A program made the position numbers and the translations under genes. The notes under the pieces were generated by a model. It saw only the letters and a list, made by a program, of their open reading frames with translations, ran no database searches and was not told where the DNA came from. 64,000 nucleotides of DNA from Cetorhinus maximus (taxonomy: Eukaryota), in contig NC_135902.1 in assembly GCF_964194155.1 (NCBI RefSeq), forward strand, positions 51,956,001 to 52,020,000, written 5' to 3'. The stretch's first letter is position 1; each line of letters starts with the position of its first letter. Shown here one piece after another: positions 49,435 through 61,579 of this stretch.

Positions 49435-50297
49435 CTATGGAGAAAACACAACAGTTCTAATTTACTTTCAGATTTACATCCCAAAACATCAGAAAAAAGC
49501 AACTACTCTTATGCCAGACAAACCTGACAGTTAAGGTTCCTCCAATATATGCTCATTAACATTAGTCTAGCCACAGTATTAACTTGACATTTAGAATCAC
49601 AGTCATCTTTTTTGCAAAGTTTGATACTTCTTAATACCCAACTGTCATTACAGGTCTTAATAGAATTGGTACGTCCAAAGAAAACTATGTATAAACATCT
49701 TGGAAGATGCCAGAATATCCATAGTGCATGGAATGGAACAAAAAATGAGCGCAGAACTAACTCAATTTAGCAACTGAAGAGAAGAAATCAACCTTCTAAT
49801 CCCTAAAAAAAAATCAGGCGTGCTAATCAGAGAACAGCTATAAAGATTCCACAAACTATGTTTCACTAACATTGACGAGCCAATCATTGTGGAAGAAAAA
49901 CAGCCTAAGGTAACAATGTTAATCTTAGGGATACACTATTCCCCTAAGCACACTTGCAGAAGAATAATGTGGCTGAGCACTGTGTCATGGACATAATGTA
50001 TCTGCTCTCTTACTGCCCATAATCAGTATGTTTTGCACAGAAAGAGGTCTGTCTGCCTTTTCTTACCCTTGGAGTGTGGTGTATTCCAATTAAGTAATTC
50101 AGCAACAAACTTTTAAGAGTTTAAAACAAAGGTTATTTATTCTCACACACTTAACCCGAATTAACATCACCCACTTGGTCTCACGCACGTACACAACACA
50201 AATATTGGGCACAGAGAAAAATAGTGCACAGATTACAGTTACTTCAGTCTCTGATTTATGATTTCTGGTCTCCCATGGGACAGGCCTGTGGTTGCTT

Positions 50298-50640
50298 GAC
50301 AAAAACAGAATTACCTGGAAAAACTCAGCAGGTCTGGCAGCATTGGCGGAGAAGAAAAGAGTTGACATTTCGAGTCCTCATGACCCTTCAATGGAAAGCA
50401 ATGAAGGTGAACAAGGCAGAAGAGACAGGCGGAAATCCTGTCGGAGAGCAGAGCAATACTTCTTCAAGGTAGGCATTTCTTGAAGAGGAGTGGCAGTCAA
50501 TTAAACACAGAGATAAAAACAAAAAGCTACTGCGGATGCTGGAAATCCAAAAGAAAAACAGAATTACCTGGAAAAACTCAGCAGGTCTGGCAGCATCGGC
50601 GGAGAAGAAAAGAGTTGATGTTTCGAGTCCTCATGACAGC
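50298..50640 (-). repeat. Two tandem family A-related Penelope repeats with truncated hammerhead cores
   Basis: aaaaacagaattacctggaaaaactcagcaggtctggcagcat...tttcgagtcctcatgac at about 50300 and 50555. Confidence 0.7.
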
Positions 50641-50943
50641 CTTTCCCTACAGCTGTTGTCTTGTCTGTATTCTACTGCAGTTTGCCCTGCTCTCTGAATC
50701 TTTAGATAAAACTCGCTATCTCAAGGCAATTTCAATCGCATGACCAATGCTGGCAATTGTCCAACCAGAATGGTTTGGGAATCCAAAGTCATCAGTACGT
50801 AATAGGGGCTAGATGGTACTCTTTCACACTTTTTTTTTATTCTTGCATGGAGTGTGGGTGTTGCTGGCTAGGCCAGCATTTATAAATTGTGCATAACTGG
50901 TCTAGTCAGCTTTCTTTTGTTAAATTGCAAACCTGAAGATGTA

Positions 50944-53469
50944 GGCCAGAATTTTCCATCCCCATTGGCATCAGGGTCACGGTGGGCTTGAGCGGACAAT
51001 ATGGCAAGACGGCCAAAAATCACGCTATCATGAAACCAGTTTGTAATCGTCCACTCCACCCATCAATGCCGGGCCGCATTTCCCGCTGCCGCACGTCAGG
51101 AACATCATTTTAATACATTTGCATCTAATTATAAGCCCTGCTCACTGGAATTATGCCCCCACGTCAAATTTACTGCCCATGTTAGCGGGAAAACACGTCA
51201 GTCCAGACCACGTTTTGACAGGTGTGACGTGCAGAAGTCGGGACTTACCATTAGGGCCTTGCTCACATCATGGACATCTGAGGAGCAGAAGATACTGGAG
51301 CCCTACAGCAACTGGACCATGTGCATCGCAGGCTGGGTGGTTTCGGATGGATATGGCTCCACCACGAAGCAGCTCACTGAAGGCGGGAGGTCTCCGTTGA
51401 TGTCTGGGGTATGCTTCAGGACATCACAATCTTGGCCATGGGCTGCTCTGGATGATCATCGGCAGTGGGGATGGGGAGGAGTGACAAAATATGTTCACCC
51501 CTGCAACCAATCGTGATCAAAAATTAACTTTTCTAGGCCTAAAAATTTTTGGGTGCTGCCCTGACATCCACACCAAGGGTAGAGATAGCCTGTGCAAGGC
51601 TTGGCCCTGTTGCCTCGATGACTTCAGCATGGGTCCTCTGGAGACCCGAGGCCTTAAGGTGGCTTCGGCCGTCCTCCTGCAGGCCAGCTGCTCCCTCTGC
51701 GGTGACAGGAGATGAGGTTGAGGGGGGTCACAGACAAAGGGGACTCAGAGGTAGGAGACAGCCTCAGATTCACGAGTAGATCACCCAGGGGTATACAGCT
51801 GCTGCTCCTTCTCCCTGTGGGCCCAAGGGCCCCAGCCTGACTCCCTGAGGGGAAGGAGCACTTGGAGGTGCCCCATTTCACTCTCGCATTGCCACTGCAG
51901 GAACTCACCCATGGCTACCACAATGGGGTGCAGGTCTGCGTGCATCTCCGCGCTCTGCTGGACCAGGGTTTCCATGGCATCCGCCATCCTCCCCATGGAG
52001 ACCGCAATGCGCACACAAGTGGGCACTACTTCAGAGAGCAGGCGGACACACTCCTCCAACTCAGGTGCCACTCTGTTGAGGGCTTCCAACAGCTCTGCGT
52101 GATGTTCCAATGCGTTCTGCTGACTCTCCACGATGAGTTGGAAAGCCGAATCTAGAGGATCGTCACTTGACTTGGACTTCACTGCCTCTTCCCCAGTAGT
52201 CCTCCGAGTGCCGGGGACCTCGGCCAAACCTGCTTCCTCCTGCTGCGAACACTTGTCTGTGTGATGACCACCAGATTGTGAAGCTGAGCCTGCTCTAGAT
52301 CTAGGTCCCACCGAGGTGTGTGTCTCTGCGCTGGTGGAGGGTGTGGGTAAGTGCTGTGACGGGTCTTCCAGGATGTTTATTTCCAGCTCTTCAATGGAGG
52401 AGGTGGTGTTCTCTTGGCGGTGAGGACCTAGATGGAGCTGAGGGACTGGCTGGCTGAGGGTGTCGGTCACTTGGCAGAGCTCCCTGTGAACCAAAGTTGA
52501 GATGATTAGTGCATGGCAGCAGTCAAAAAGGAGAGAGAGCACTTACAGTTCAATTGAGGAAGGGATGATGTGGTGCAGGATCCTCACGTGGGTGTTCATC
52601 GTTGACCTCATTGTCACTGCAGGCACAATCCATGTCCTCACCAGTCAGCACGATGGCACGCTCCTCAAAGTGAGCGAGGTGTCTAATGTGGGCCACTCCA
52701 CCTCCAGTCTGGGGCCTCTGTTGTTGTCAGCCAGCTTCTCCTGCATGAAAACAGATGGAGAGAGCGTAAGCAGGACGCATGGCGCTGCGTGGTATGTTGG
52801 TGTGGTGAGTGAGCCATGGACAGAATGGGGACGCAAGCTCCAGAGGATATGAGCCTGATGGAAATGTGAGGGTGTGAGTGAGAGTTTGTGGTGCTGTCCT
52901 ATGAGGTGCAAGAAGCCTGTGGATGTGTGATGGGTTTGAGTGAGTATAAGTTGAGAGTGATGAGAAGAGTGACTTACCATGGCGGAACGGATCAGACCAT
53001 TCATCCCCTTCCTGCACTGGATGGCTGTCCTCTTTTGTAGGGTGTTGGTGCTGACCACCGCCTCCCATGCTGGACTGTGACCTTCATTGCTGGTCTTCCC
53101 CCAAAGTGGAGGTAGAGGGCATCTCGGCGGGCCTCCGCTGCTCAAGGGAGGCATCGCTAAATTTGGGGACAGCATGTTTCCTCCCTTTGGCAGCCATAAG
53201 TTCCCAGCAGCTTCCTATCCCTTAAAAGAGTGCTAGCTCTGTGCAGGGGTGGCCTTTAAATACGGCGCCTGGCTTGCTGAAGGCTGGGGAGACAGCAGGG
53301 CCACCCCGCCAGCAACCCGGCACAATTCCCAGGAATTAGTTATTAATGAGGCGGCACACTCCAGGAATGGGACAATAAAGCGTGAAAAGTCACCATTGCA
53401 GCCGGCAGGTAAAACGTCCTTTTCCCCACCTGCTCGCACATTTAGTGCAAATCTGGGATGATTCCACCC
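50944..53469 (-). mobile_element. Non-autonomous Harbinger retaining a spliced Myb/SANT gene
   Basis: GGCCAGAATTTT / ATGATTCCACCC termini; near-TSD gta/ata; AWEAVVSTNTLQKRTAIQCRKGMNGLIR, donor gtaagt near 52975, QEKLADN exon, PSTSAETHTSVG C-terminal ORF 51781-52542; no DDE motifs. Confidence 0.75.
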
Positions 53470-54019
53470 ATAGAGTCTAGGAGTCCATTGACTTTGTGTT
53501 TCAGGTAAGGTTCGAACAACAGCAGGCGTGAATTCCACAGAGGGGTGCTGCTAGGGAGAGGCCCCCCCCACCCAGGGTTACTCAATTCGGAACTTTCCGG
53601 AAGCTTGATAATCTGTGTTGAATAAGCAAAATTCACCTGACCCCCCTTGGCAGCCATCTTAAACAGTTCATCAGTGTCCATTTTAAACAAATGGAACAGT
53701 TCCAGAAGCTTCCATACAAGCTCAGTCAATGCGTAAAGCTACTTGGCATGACATGCCTCAGCCACAGGGGGATAAAATGGAATTTCAATTACATTTTAAA
53801 CTGCTTTCCTGGTAAAGCAACTTTGGTGTAAAAAAAGCCTTCTCCCTCACCCGCCTTCCACTGCCAAGCGTATATTGGCAGCGATGGCAGATTGAGGCCC
53901 TTAATTGGGCAGTTAAGCACCTCAATAGGCCTAAGGGCGGGCAGCCTAGTGGCCACCTTACTACCTACCCAACCTATTTACATGTCCCCATCAAAAACAT
54001 GGCCACCAGGGATACTGTA

Positions 54020-54800
54020 AAATTCCCCTTCCCCCTTAATTTCACTCCTGAAATTCTAGCTCTAATTTTTAGACTATTTCCCCTTATCCCAGACTCCCCA
54101 GTCAGCAAAAATAGTTTCTATTTACCCTATCTGTTCCACTGAAAACTTCAATCAAATCACCCCTTAACCTTCTGGATTCCAGAGAATACAAACCTGGTTT
54201 GTGTAATCGCTCCTTATAATTTAATGCTTAGATCAATTTAACCCATGTATCATTTTTGCAAACTTAAACTGCAGTCCCTGCAACCAATATTTCCTTCATC
54301 AAGGTGTGCTGCCCAGAAATGCTCATGTCACTTTGTGGTCTAACCAGGGCTTTGTATAGACATCTATTGCCTCTAGATAGAAAGGTCAGCAGTCCAATTA
54401 GCCTTTTTGATTATTTTCTGTGCCTGATCATGTAATTTTAATGATCCATATACCTAGATGTCCAAGTGACTATGAACCTCCAACATTTCTGGCTTTTTAT
54501 TATTTAAAATGTACCCTGTTCTATCCTTTTTGGATCCAAAGTGGATATTTGCCTGTATTGAAATCCTAGTTATATAATCAATTAATATCTTTGTAATTTT
54601 ATGCTTCCATCTCTATTGCTTACAATGCCACCTAACTTTGTCATTGGCAAATTTGGATATGTGGCTTTCTTTCCCATCTTTAAATTGTTAATAAATTTTC
54701 TAAATAGTCAAGGCTTTTACACAGATCCTTGCGAGGCACAACTAGACACATCCTGCTAATTAGAGTACTTACCATTATCCCAAATTTCTGTCTCTTGCTG
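54020..54800 (-). mobile_element. Old CR1 fragment
   Basis: Degenerate RT C-terminal similarity. Confidence 0.6.
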
Positions 54801-55518
54801 GTCAACCCATCACCGGAGGCTCCCAGCCTCTGGGCTTTTTGAACATTGGGCACAGTATTCTCTGCAAAGGAATCTCACTCGGATACCATGTTTTACAGTT
54901 ACAGACTTTGAAGGGTTGCTGAAGAGAAGGGATATTGGCGCATTCTGTGCTGTGAAACAGCCACACAATATTATAAAAAAATCTTTGCACCAATTTTTTG
55001 GCTTGAGAAATCCACCTCCCTAAGAACAATTGCACAACCCACAGTCAAAACAATTCCAAAGTCCCCACTGTCATTGAACCTCTTGTATCCAGCATAAAAA
55101 TGATGCAAAATAGAGGGAAATGCTTCAAAAGACACATTTTTCTCATTTGTATTTCATTTCAACATGTCCAAATGAGAAATGGGGTTATGCACAGAAAAGT
55201 GGGGATCTCATAGAGCCGATGCCAAGCGATTTTCCTTCCTGATCTGGCAAAATCATTAGTGCACATGGGGAAGCAAATGCAAAATTTAGGCCCAGGTCTA
55301 ACACATAGTCAATGGTACATAGTACAGGGAAACCTAAAAGTAGAGGCAACGAAATTAGCATAGAAGTCTGGCAAAGGAATTTCACTGTCGATATCAGAGT
55401 CATAAAATCGTCCATGCTTCAATCTTCCTTTGTACTAGTGAAAGGATGCAAGAGTTCAATAGTGAAAGCAAAATAGGGAGAAAGTGGAAAGTAAGAACAG
55501 AACTTCAAAATAGCTTAC

Positions 55519-55658
55519 CTCATAAGTACTGATAATGTTTAGTCGGTAGAAGAGCGGAATGTCGATTCGGCAAGTGGCTATCATTGTCAATAACCAGGTG
55601 AAGATAAACATAAAAAATATCATCCCAAAGCTGTATACTTCAGCTGGATTTCCAATAA
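55519..55658 (-). CDS. SLC5A8/SLC5A12-like sodium:solute symporter, most 5' coding exon in the window (IGNPAEVYSFGMIFFMFIFTWLLTMIATCRIDIPLFYRLNIISTYE)
   Basis: Acceptor ttgttacAG, donor GTAAGC, 140 bp. Matches the SLC5 G(T)P(A/S)E...P(V)FY.L.I.S.YE segment and joins in phase to the 66-bp exon. Confidence 0.88.
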
Positions 55659-55879
55659 CTGTAACAATAATTAGAAACTGAACATTAATCTTAAAAAGAA
55701 TATTTTTGCACTAACTCCATTTTAGTTTTGTTATTTAATATCATCGGCATATAAATTTTGAACTTTCCTAAGCTGTTATTTTTAAGTTGTCATTTTTTCA
55801 TTTCAATCTCACAGGGGTACTGGCAGCAAGGCTCACATCTCATGAAAGACTAAAAAAAGGGCCAGCATTAATTGGCTCC

Positions 55880-56850
55880 ATGGCTCAAAGCAAAGGTCAA
55901 CAGGTATTTTTGTGACTGGAAGGCTATTTCCAGTTGGGTTCTCTGGAATCAGATTAAAAAGTTTGCAGATGCTACAAAAATTGGCAATGTAGTAGGTAAT
56001 GAGGAAGAAAATTGCAGGAAGGTATCAATGGACTGGTGAGGTGGACAGATAAGTAGCAAATGGAATTCAATCCAGAGAAGTGTGAGGTAATGCATTTGGG
56101 GAGGGCAAACTAGGCAAGGGAATACACAATAAGTGGTAGGATGCAGAGGAATGTACAGGAGCAGAAGGACCTTGGAATGCATGTCCACAGATCCCTGAAT
56201 GTAGCAGGACAGGTAGATAAAGCGGTTCAGAAGGCATACAAGATAATTTCTTTTATTAGGCAAGGTATAGAACATAAGATCAGGGAGGCTACGCTAGAAC
56301 TGTATAAAACATTAATTAGGTCCTAACTAGAGTGCTGCACACAGTTCTCTTTATTTCATTACAGAAAAGATGTGACCGCACTAAATCACAGGGGAAATTT
56401 AGGAAGATGTTGCCAGAACTGGGAAATTTTAGCTATGAGGAATGTTTGAATTACTGGGTAATTTTTCTTTGGAACAGAGGAGGCTGAGGGGAGATTTAAT
56501 TCAGGTATATAACATTATGAGGGCCCTAGGTGAGTGAATAGGGCAAGCCTATTTCCTTTAGCAAAGAGGTCAATACCAGGGCATAGATTTAAAATAAATT
56601 GTAGGAGGGTTAGAGGGGAGTTAAGAGAAATTTTTCAACTAAGGGTGGTGGGGGTCTGGATCCCACTGCCTGAAAAGTTGGTAGAGGCAGAAAACTTCAC
56701 ATTTAAAAAGTACTTGGACATACACTTGAAATGCCATAACCTACAAGGCTTGACCTGGAATTAGGAAATGGGGTTAGGTTGGTATTTCGGCCGGCACAGA
56801 CATGATAAGCCAAATGGCCTTCTTTTATACAGTAAATTTCTATGATTTTG
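55880..56850 (+). mobile_element. CR1 RT C-terminus and 3' end
   Basis: KFADATKIG, QKDLGMHVHRSL, LELYKTLIRS. Confidence 0.85.
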
Positions 56851-56871
56851 TGATCTACTGGCAGTGTGGAT

Positions 56872-57239
56872 GGGAACAGTGGCAAAGTGGTAATGTCACT
56901 GGACTAGTAATCCAGATCTAATGCTCTTGGGACAAGGGCTCAAATCTCACCAAATTTAAATTTCATTAATAAAACTGGAATATAATGCTAGTCTCAGTAA
57001 TAGTGACCATGACAACTATCATCAATTGTTGTAGAAGTCCATCTGGTTTACTAATACTCTTTAGGGAAGGAAATCTGCCATCCTTAACCCGTCTGGCCTC
57101 CTTGTGACTCCAGACCCACAGCAATCTGGTTGGTTCTTAACTGCCCTCTGAAATGGCCGAGCAAGCCACTCAATTAGGGATGGGCAACAAATGCTAGCCT
57201 TTTCAGCACATCCACGTCCCATGAAAGGATGAAAGAAAA
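56872..57239 (+). mobile_element. Full-length DeuSINE (SacSINE1-like)
   Basis: tRNA head, tttagggaaggaaatctgccatcctta Deu-type domain, LINE tail. Confidence 0.8.
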
Positions 57240-57249
57240 GGTGCGATTT

Positions 57250-59300
57250 GAAAGTCGCAATCCCGCCACCTCTGGAATGCAATGTAATTTTCGATAGGAG
57301 GACAGGAGGGGAGTATCTGGAATCCACTATACCTCCAATTAAGTGCCTATTAAGTTTGTTGTTGAGCCGATTAGAAGGGCTTAGTGGGCCAGTCTCAGAT
57401 TTTCTATTGGCAGGCATAGATAAAGGCATTGTCTGGGGCATGTCAGGGTGCACCTGGCATGCACAGCATGGAGACATCAGGGCTGATGGAGGCACTGGTC
57501 AATTAATTTATTAAGATTGACAGAGTTGCCATTGGTGGTGCTGAGAGATTGTTACTTCTCACCAATGAGAGGTTGGAGTCCTGAGAGGGGCACAGGTTAC
57601 TGACCTGGGCGTCAGTGGCTGGTAGAGAAACCTCTGCTGAACATAGTGCCAATTGAGGGAGTGTAGATGAGAACAGGGTACTCTGACATAGGGCAGAGTA
57701 GTAACAAGGACCCTCAGCAGAAGCATCGTCCTGCTCAGGGCAATATCAGAGGACCACACAGGGGGCCTGCAAGGAGAAGAAGGTGGTACCTAAGACATTA
57801 GGTGTAGCATCTACGAGTCAGCTACATGCAAATGACAGAGCACTAGCACTGTAGGAGGCTGTGTCTTTTCAAATAGCTGGGTCTGTCTCAATGTCCAAGA
57901 CCAATGGGAATCACCTACCCACAGCCGTCAAGGTGACAATCACCCTGAATTTTTCTGCATCAGGCTTGTTCCAGGAATCAGTCATGGACCTGGTGGATTC
58001 TCGCAGTCAGCGTCTATCATTCCATCAGGCAGGTCATGGTTGCCCGATTGTAGAGGGTGGAGGAATATATCCACTTTGAGACATACCAGCCAGCAGAGGC
58101 ACAGAGGGCTTAACAGCTTTGCCATCATCGATGGAATTCTCCAGGTTCAGGGGGTTATTGATTGTACCCACCTAGTCATCAAGACACCAACAGGCCAGTC
58201 AGATTCCTCAACAGAAATGGCTTCACTCATTAATGTTCAGCTTGTGTGCGACTACAAGAAGCACACCTTGCAGGTGTATGCCTGGTTCCCAGGCAGCTGT
58301 GAGAGTCCCTGTATTCAGGCCAATATCCCGATTCCATTGGTGGCTACTAGGAGATAAGGGTTATTCTGTGAGGAGATGGGTCCTGACACCCGTCTAGCAC
58401 CCAGACATTGAAGTGGAAAGGCACTATAACCAAAGTCATCTACTTACATGAACCTGCACCAAGCAGATCATCAGTATCTTGAAAATGTGCTTCCATTGCC
58501 TTAACCAGTCAGATGGTGCCCTCTAGTATACTGTCCATCTTGTTGTCTGCTGTTCACTGAACAACATGACTAGATAAAGAGGCCTGGAACTGGTTGAGAA
58601 GGGAATAATACACCACTCTTTCTTGCAGAAATACAGGGTTTGGAGGGATAGGAGCCCAGGGCATATGCATTGGAGGGAGGCCAGCAACTCCATGCCAGGT
58701 GTCACAACAATCAGCAGGTTGATCTAGCAACCCTTCATCCGAGTGATTCCCAGGCCTATGTCAGATGACTCCCATCCTGAACTTGAGCCACTGGGACAAG
58801 TTTTCCAATGAGCACACACTTAGATAACCCCATTGCTACCCATAGATGTACAGTATGGGGTCTCCACTACCACCATACCCACATCACAGAGGGGCACAGG
58901 CAACAAGAACATGGCCCTGCATCAGTGCAGGGGCAGCATCAATTGCAAAGCCTTGCAGCAGGGATGGCTGCTGAGTCGAAGGAGCCAACAAGTCAAGGGA
59001 TAACAAATGTACCACACGGGGTTGCCCTCTCATCGGCCTCTTCGACCACCTCAGCTGTTTCATGGCGATCTTGAACACTGAACAAGACCATTGGCTGAGA
59101 CATAGCTTGCATCCACTCCTCACATCTCTGTGTCATCAGTGACACTGAGCATTCCATGCAACAGAGGGTCTCACTTTGTATGTCACTAACTCAGAATGGT
59201 GCTGCATATAGATCTGCAAAAGGGAGGCAACTCTCTCTCGAGGAAGGAGCTCATGTGCTTCAACCCCTGTGACATGACAGGCACATGCACTGCATTGCCC
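57250..59300 (+). mobile_element. Old Harbinger: degenerate transposase on +, possible Myb C-terminal remnant on -
   Basis: VKVTITLNFSASG, QVQGVIDCTHLVI, NVQLVCD, WLLGDKGY. Confidence 0.75.
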
Positions 59301-59369
59301 TTGACTCCACAAAGCCTCATGGATCACTAACGATTGAGAACTCATCTGCCTCTCATACTCTGGAAAGAC

Positions 59370-60075
59370 CTCTCCGTGACACCCAAGGATTAGCATTTTT
59401 TTACTTTGAAAAGCATGATCTCCATCCTCCAAGGGGAACTGCCCACAGAGACTCTGCCTCACTCTCCTCTTCCTGCCCAGTGGTGATGGTGACCCCACAG
59501 TGGTTCCCAAGCCAGGAGAAAGTGGGTCAGCCTATTTTTAGGGCACCCTTTCTAGCCCACTCACCATTTGGAGTGAACAAAGGGTATCCTGAAGAGTACT
59601 GCTCAGTCACAGATGCAGCCACCCATAGACACCTCTGATCCAGTGCAGGTGTCCAATGACCTTCATGTGTCTGTCACCTATGTGCAGATTCTTGACTGGA
59701 GAGTCCCAGGTTCACAGCCAATTCTCTATCGACACAGGGCTTGGCAAATGGACCCTGGTAAGAAGCCTGCGTGTGACCTTAGGGTGCAGTCATTGTCCAC
59801 ATGATCTTAACAGATTGGTAGTCCGATTCTGGTGACATGTCGAATACCTTGCCACTGCAGCCTTCTTTTGGCTTTACAGACGGTAGGATGCATAGTCTTC
59901 CTTTGACTGTTCTGCCATTGAGGACTTTTTGGATTGCACTTCGTCTGGTACTTCCACCTGATCTTGCTGCCATGAGTGACTCCATCAGGAGCAAGGAGCA
60001 CCTGACAGCATCACCTAAGAGATCATCGGAGCACACAAGCCTCTCTAGCATGTCATGGTGGCTACCCATGGAAGC
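59370..60075 (-). mobile_element. RTE 5' UTR fragment, second copy
   Basis: 59500-59950 aligns with 48125-48530. Confidence 0.65.
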
Positions 60076-60077
60076 CC

Positions 60078-60640
60078 AATGCAAGTATGTCCCTCCTTAA
60101 ATAAAGGAGACCAAAACTGTATACAATACTATGGGTTTGATCTCGCCAATACCAATTATAACAAGACTTCCCTAATTTTACATTCACCCTCATTACAATA
60201 AAAAGCCACCACTTTATTTGCCTTCCTACTTACTTGCTGTACCTGCATGCGAACTTGTGTGATTCAAGTATGAGACCAAACAGGTCCCTTTGTACCACAG
60301 TATTCTGTAGTCTTTCTCAATTTAAATAATATTCTGATTTTCTATTATTTCAATCAAAGTGGATAACCTTATATTTTACCACATTATACTCCACCTGTCA
60401 AATTTTTGCCCACTCACTTAACCTAACTATATTCCTTTGCATGCTCTTTGTGTCCTCTTCACAAGTTGCTTTCCCACCTATCTTTGTATTATCAGTAACT
60501 TTGGCTACAATACACTCAAGTGATTAATATTGATTGTAAATAGTTGAGGCTCCAGCACTGATCCCTGTGACGCATCACTGATGACAGTTTGCCAATCTGA
60601 AAATGACCCACTGATCCAGACTCCCTCTATCCATGATAAT
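60078..60640 (-). mobile_element. CR1 RT fragment
   Basis: SDASQGSVLEPQLFTININHL. Confidence 0.75.
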
Positions 60641-60674
60641 ATATTAACTCCTGGATTTACCTTTGGCTCAGAGT

Positions 60675-61082
60675 AAAGTCCTGTGTATTGTGCTCCAAAG
60701 GTTTGGAAGTCCAAGAAACTTCATCAGAATCCTGCAACTGCTTCACGATGATATGACTGCAGCTGTCCTGAGTGGAAGATCTGAAACAGATGCCTTCAAA
60801 AACCGGACTAGGGTCAAGCAAGACTATGTGATAGCCCCCATATTATTTGCAATCTACTTGACAGTGGCTATTCACCTAATCAAAGATCAACTGCCCTCTG
60901 GTGTCAATATTAAATGCTGCCTAGATGGAAAATTCATTAACCTTAGTCACCTCTGTGCCAAAACTAAACTAACCACCATAGAAATACATGAGTTAGTTTG
61001 CAGATGACTGCAATGTCATTGTCCACTCTGCACCAGATATGCAAGCCACTCTCAGTCTCTTCCAATTCTGCACACAAGAGAC
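60675..61082 (+). mobile_element. RTE RT fragment
   Basis: LQRFGSPRNFIRILQLLHDDM...VKQDYVIAPILF; inverted homolog of 46030-46410. Confidence 0.8.
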
Positions 61083-61579
61083 TAGGGGCGGGATTTTCTG
61101 GCCCCGCCTGCCGCCAGGACTGTCTAGTCCCGCTGAAGGTCAATGGGCTTCTGACTAGGTCACTGAATCTCCCGCCGGAAAATCCAAGCCAAGGTCCTCC
61201 TTGAATGTTGCCAGAAAAACCTGTAGGCCCAAGGCCTGCAGCCACTAATTTTTTGCATTCTTATTTCTGCTTTACTCTTGATTTTAAGCCTATAAAAATT
61301 ATTTAAAGTTATTTTGTATTAAATCTTATGTTGACCTTAACCCAGCTATGATTATTAATTAATCAAAGAACAATCGGTAATTATAATCAGCAGTGACCGG
61401 TTTTCCCAGAATTGTTTCTTCATACTGTCCATGCACAGGTCGTTATTTAGACTACATCTTGGTTTTCCATTTTTCAAGCTAGAATACCAAAATAAGTTGT
61501 CTTTTGTTTATCCTTTCTCTTACTGCATTCAGTGACCCTTGGGCAATGAGTAACCGTATGGTGGTCACCTAGTACAGTC

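Larger units (their letters stand above)
49983..53760 (-). mobile_element. Solo LTR of the 22301-23361 family, split by Penelope repeats, a SINE tail and a Harbinger
   Basis: 49983-50270 matches 22301-22570 and 53635-53760 matches 23225-23347; TGTCATG terminus. Confidence 0.75.

Noticed and set aside
56872-56960. tRNA gene
   Set aside because: The A/B boxes belong to a SINE head that continues into the Deu domain and LINE tail.
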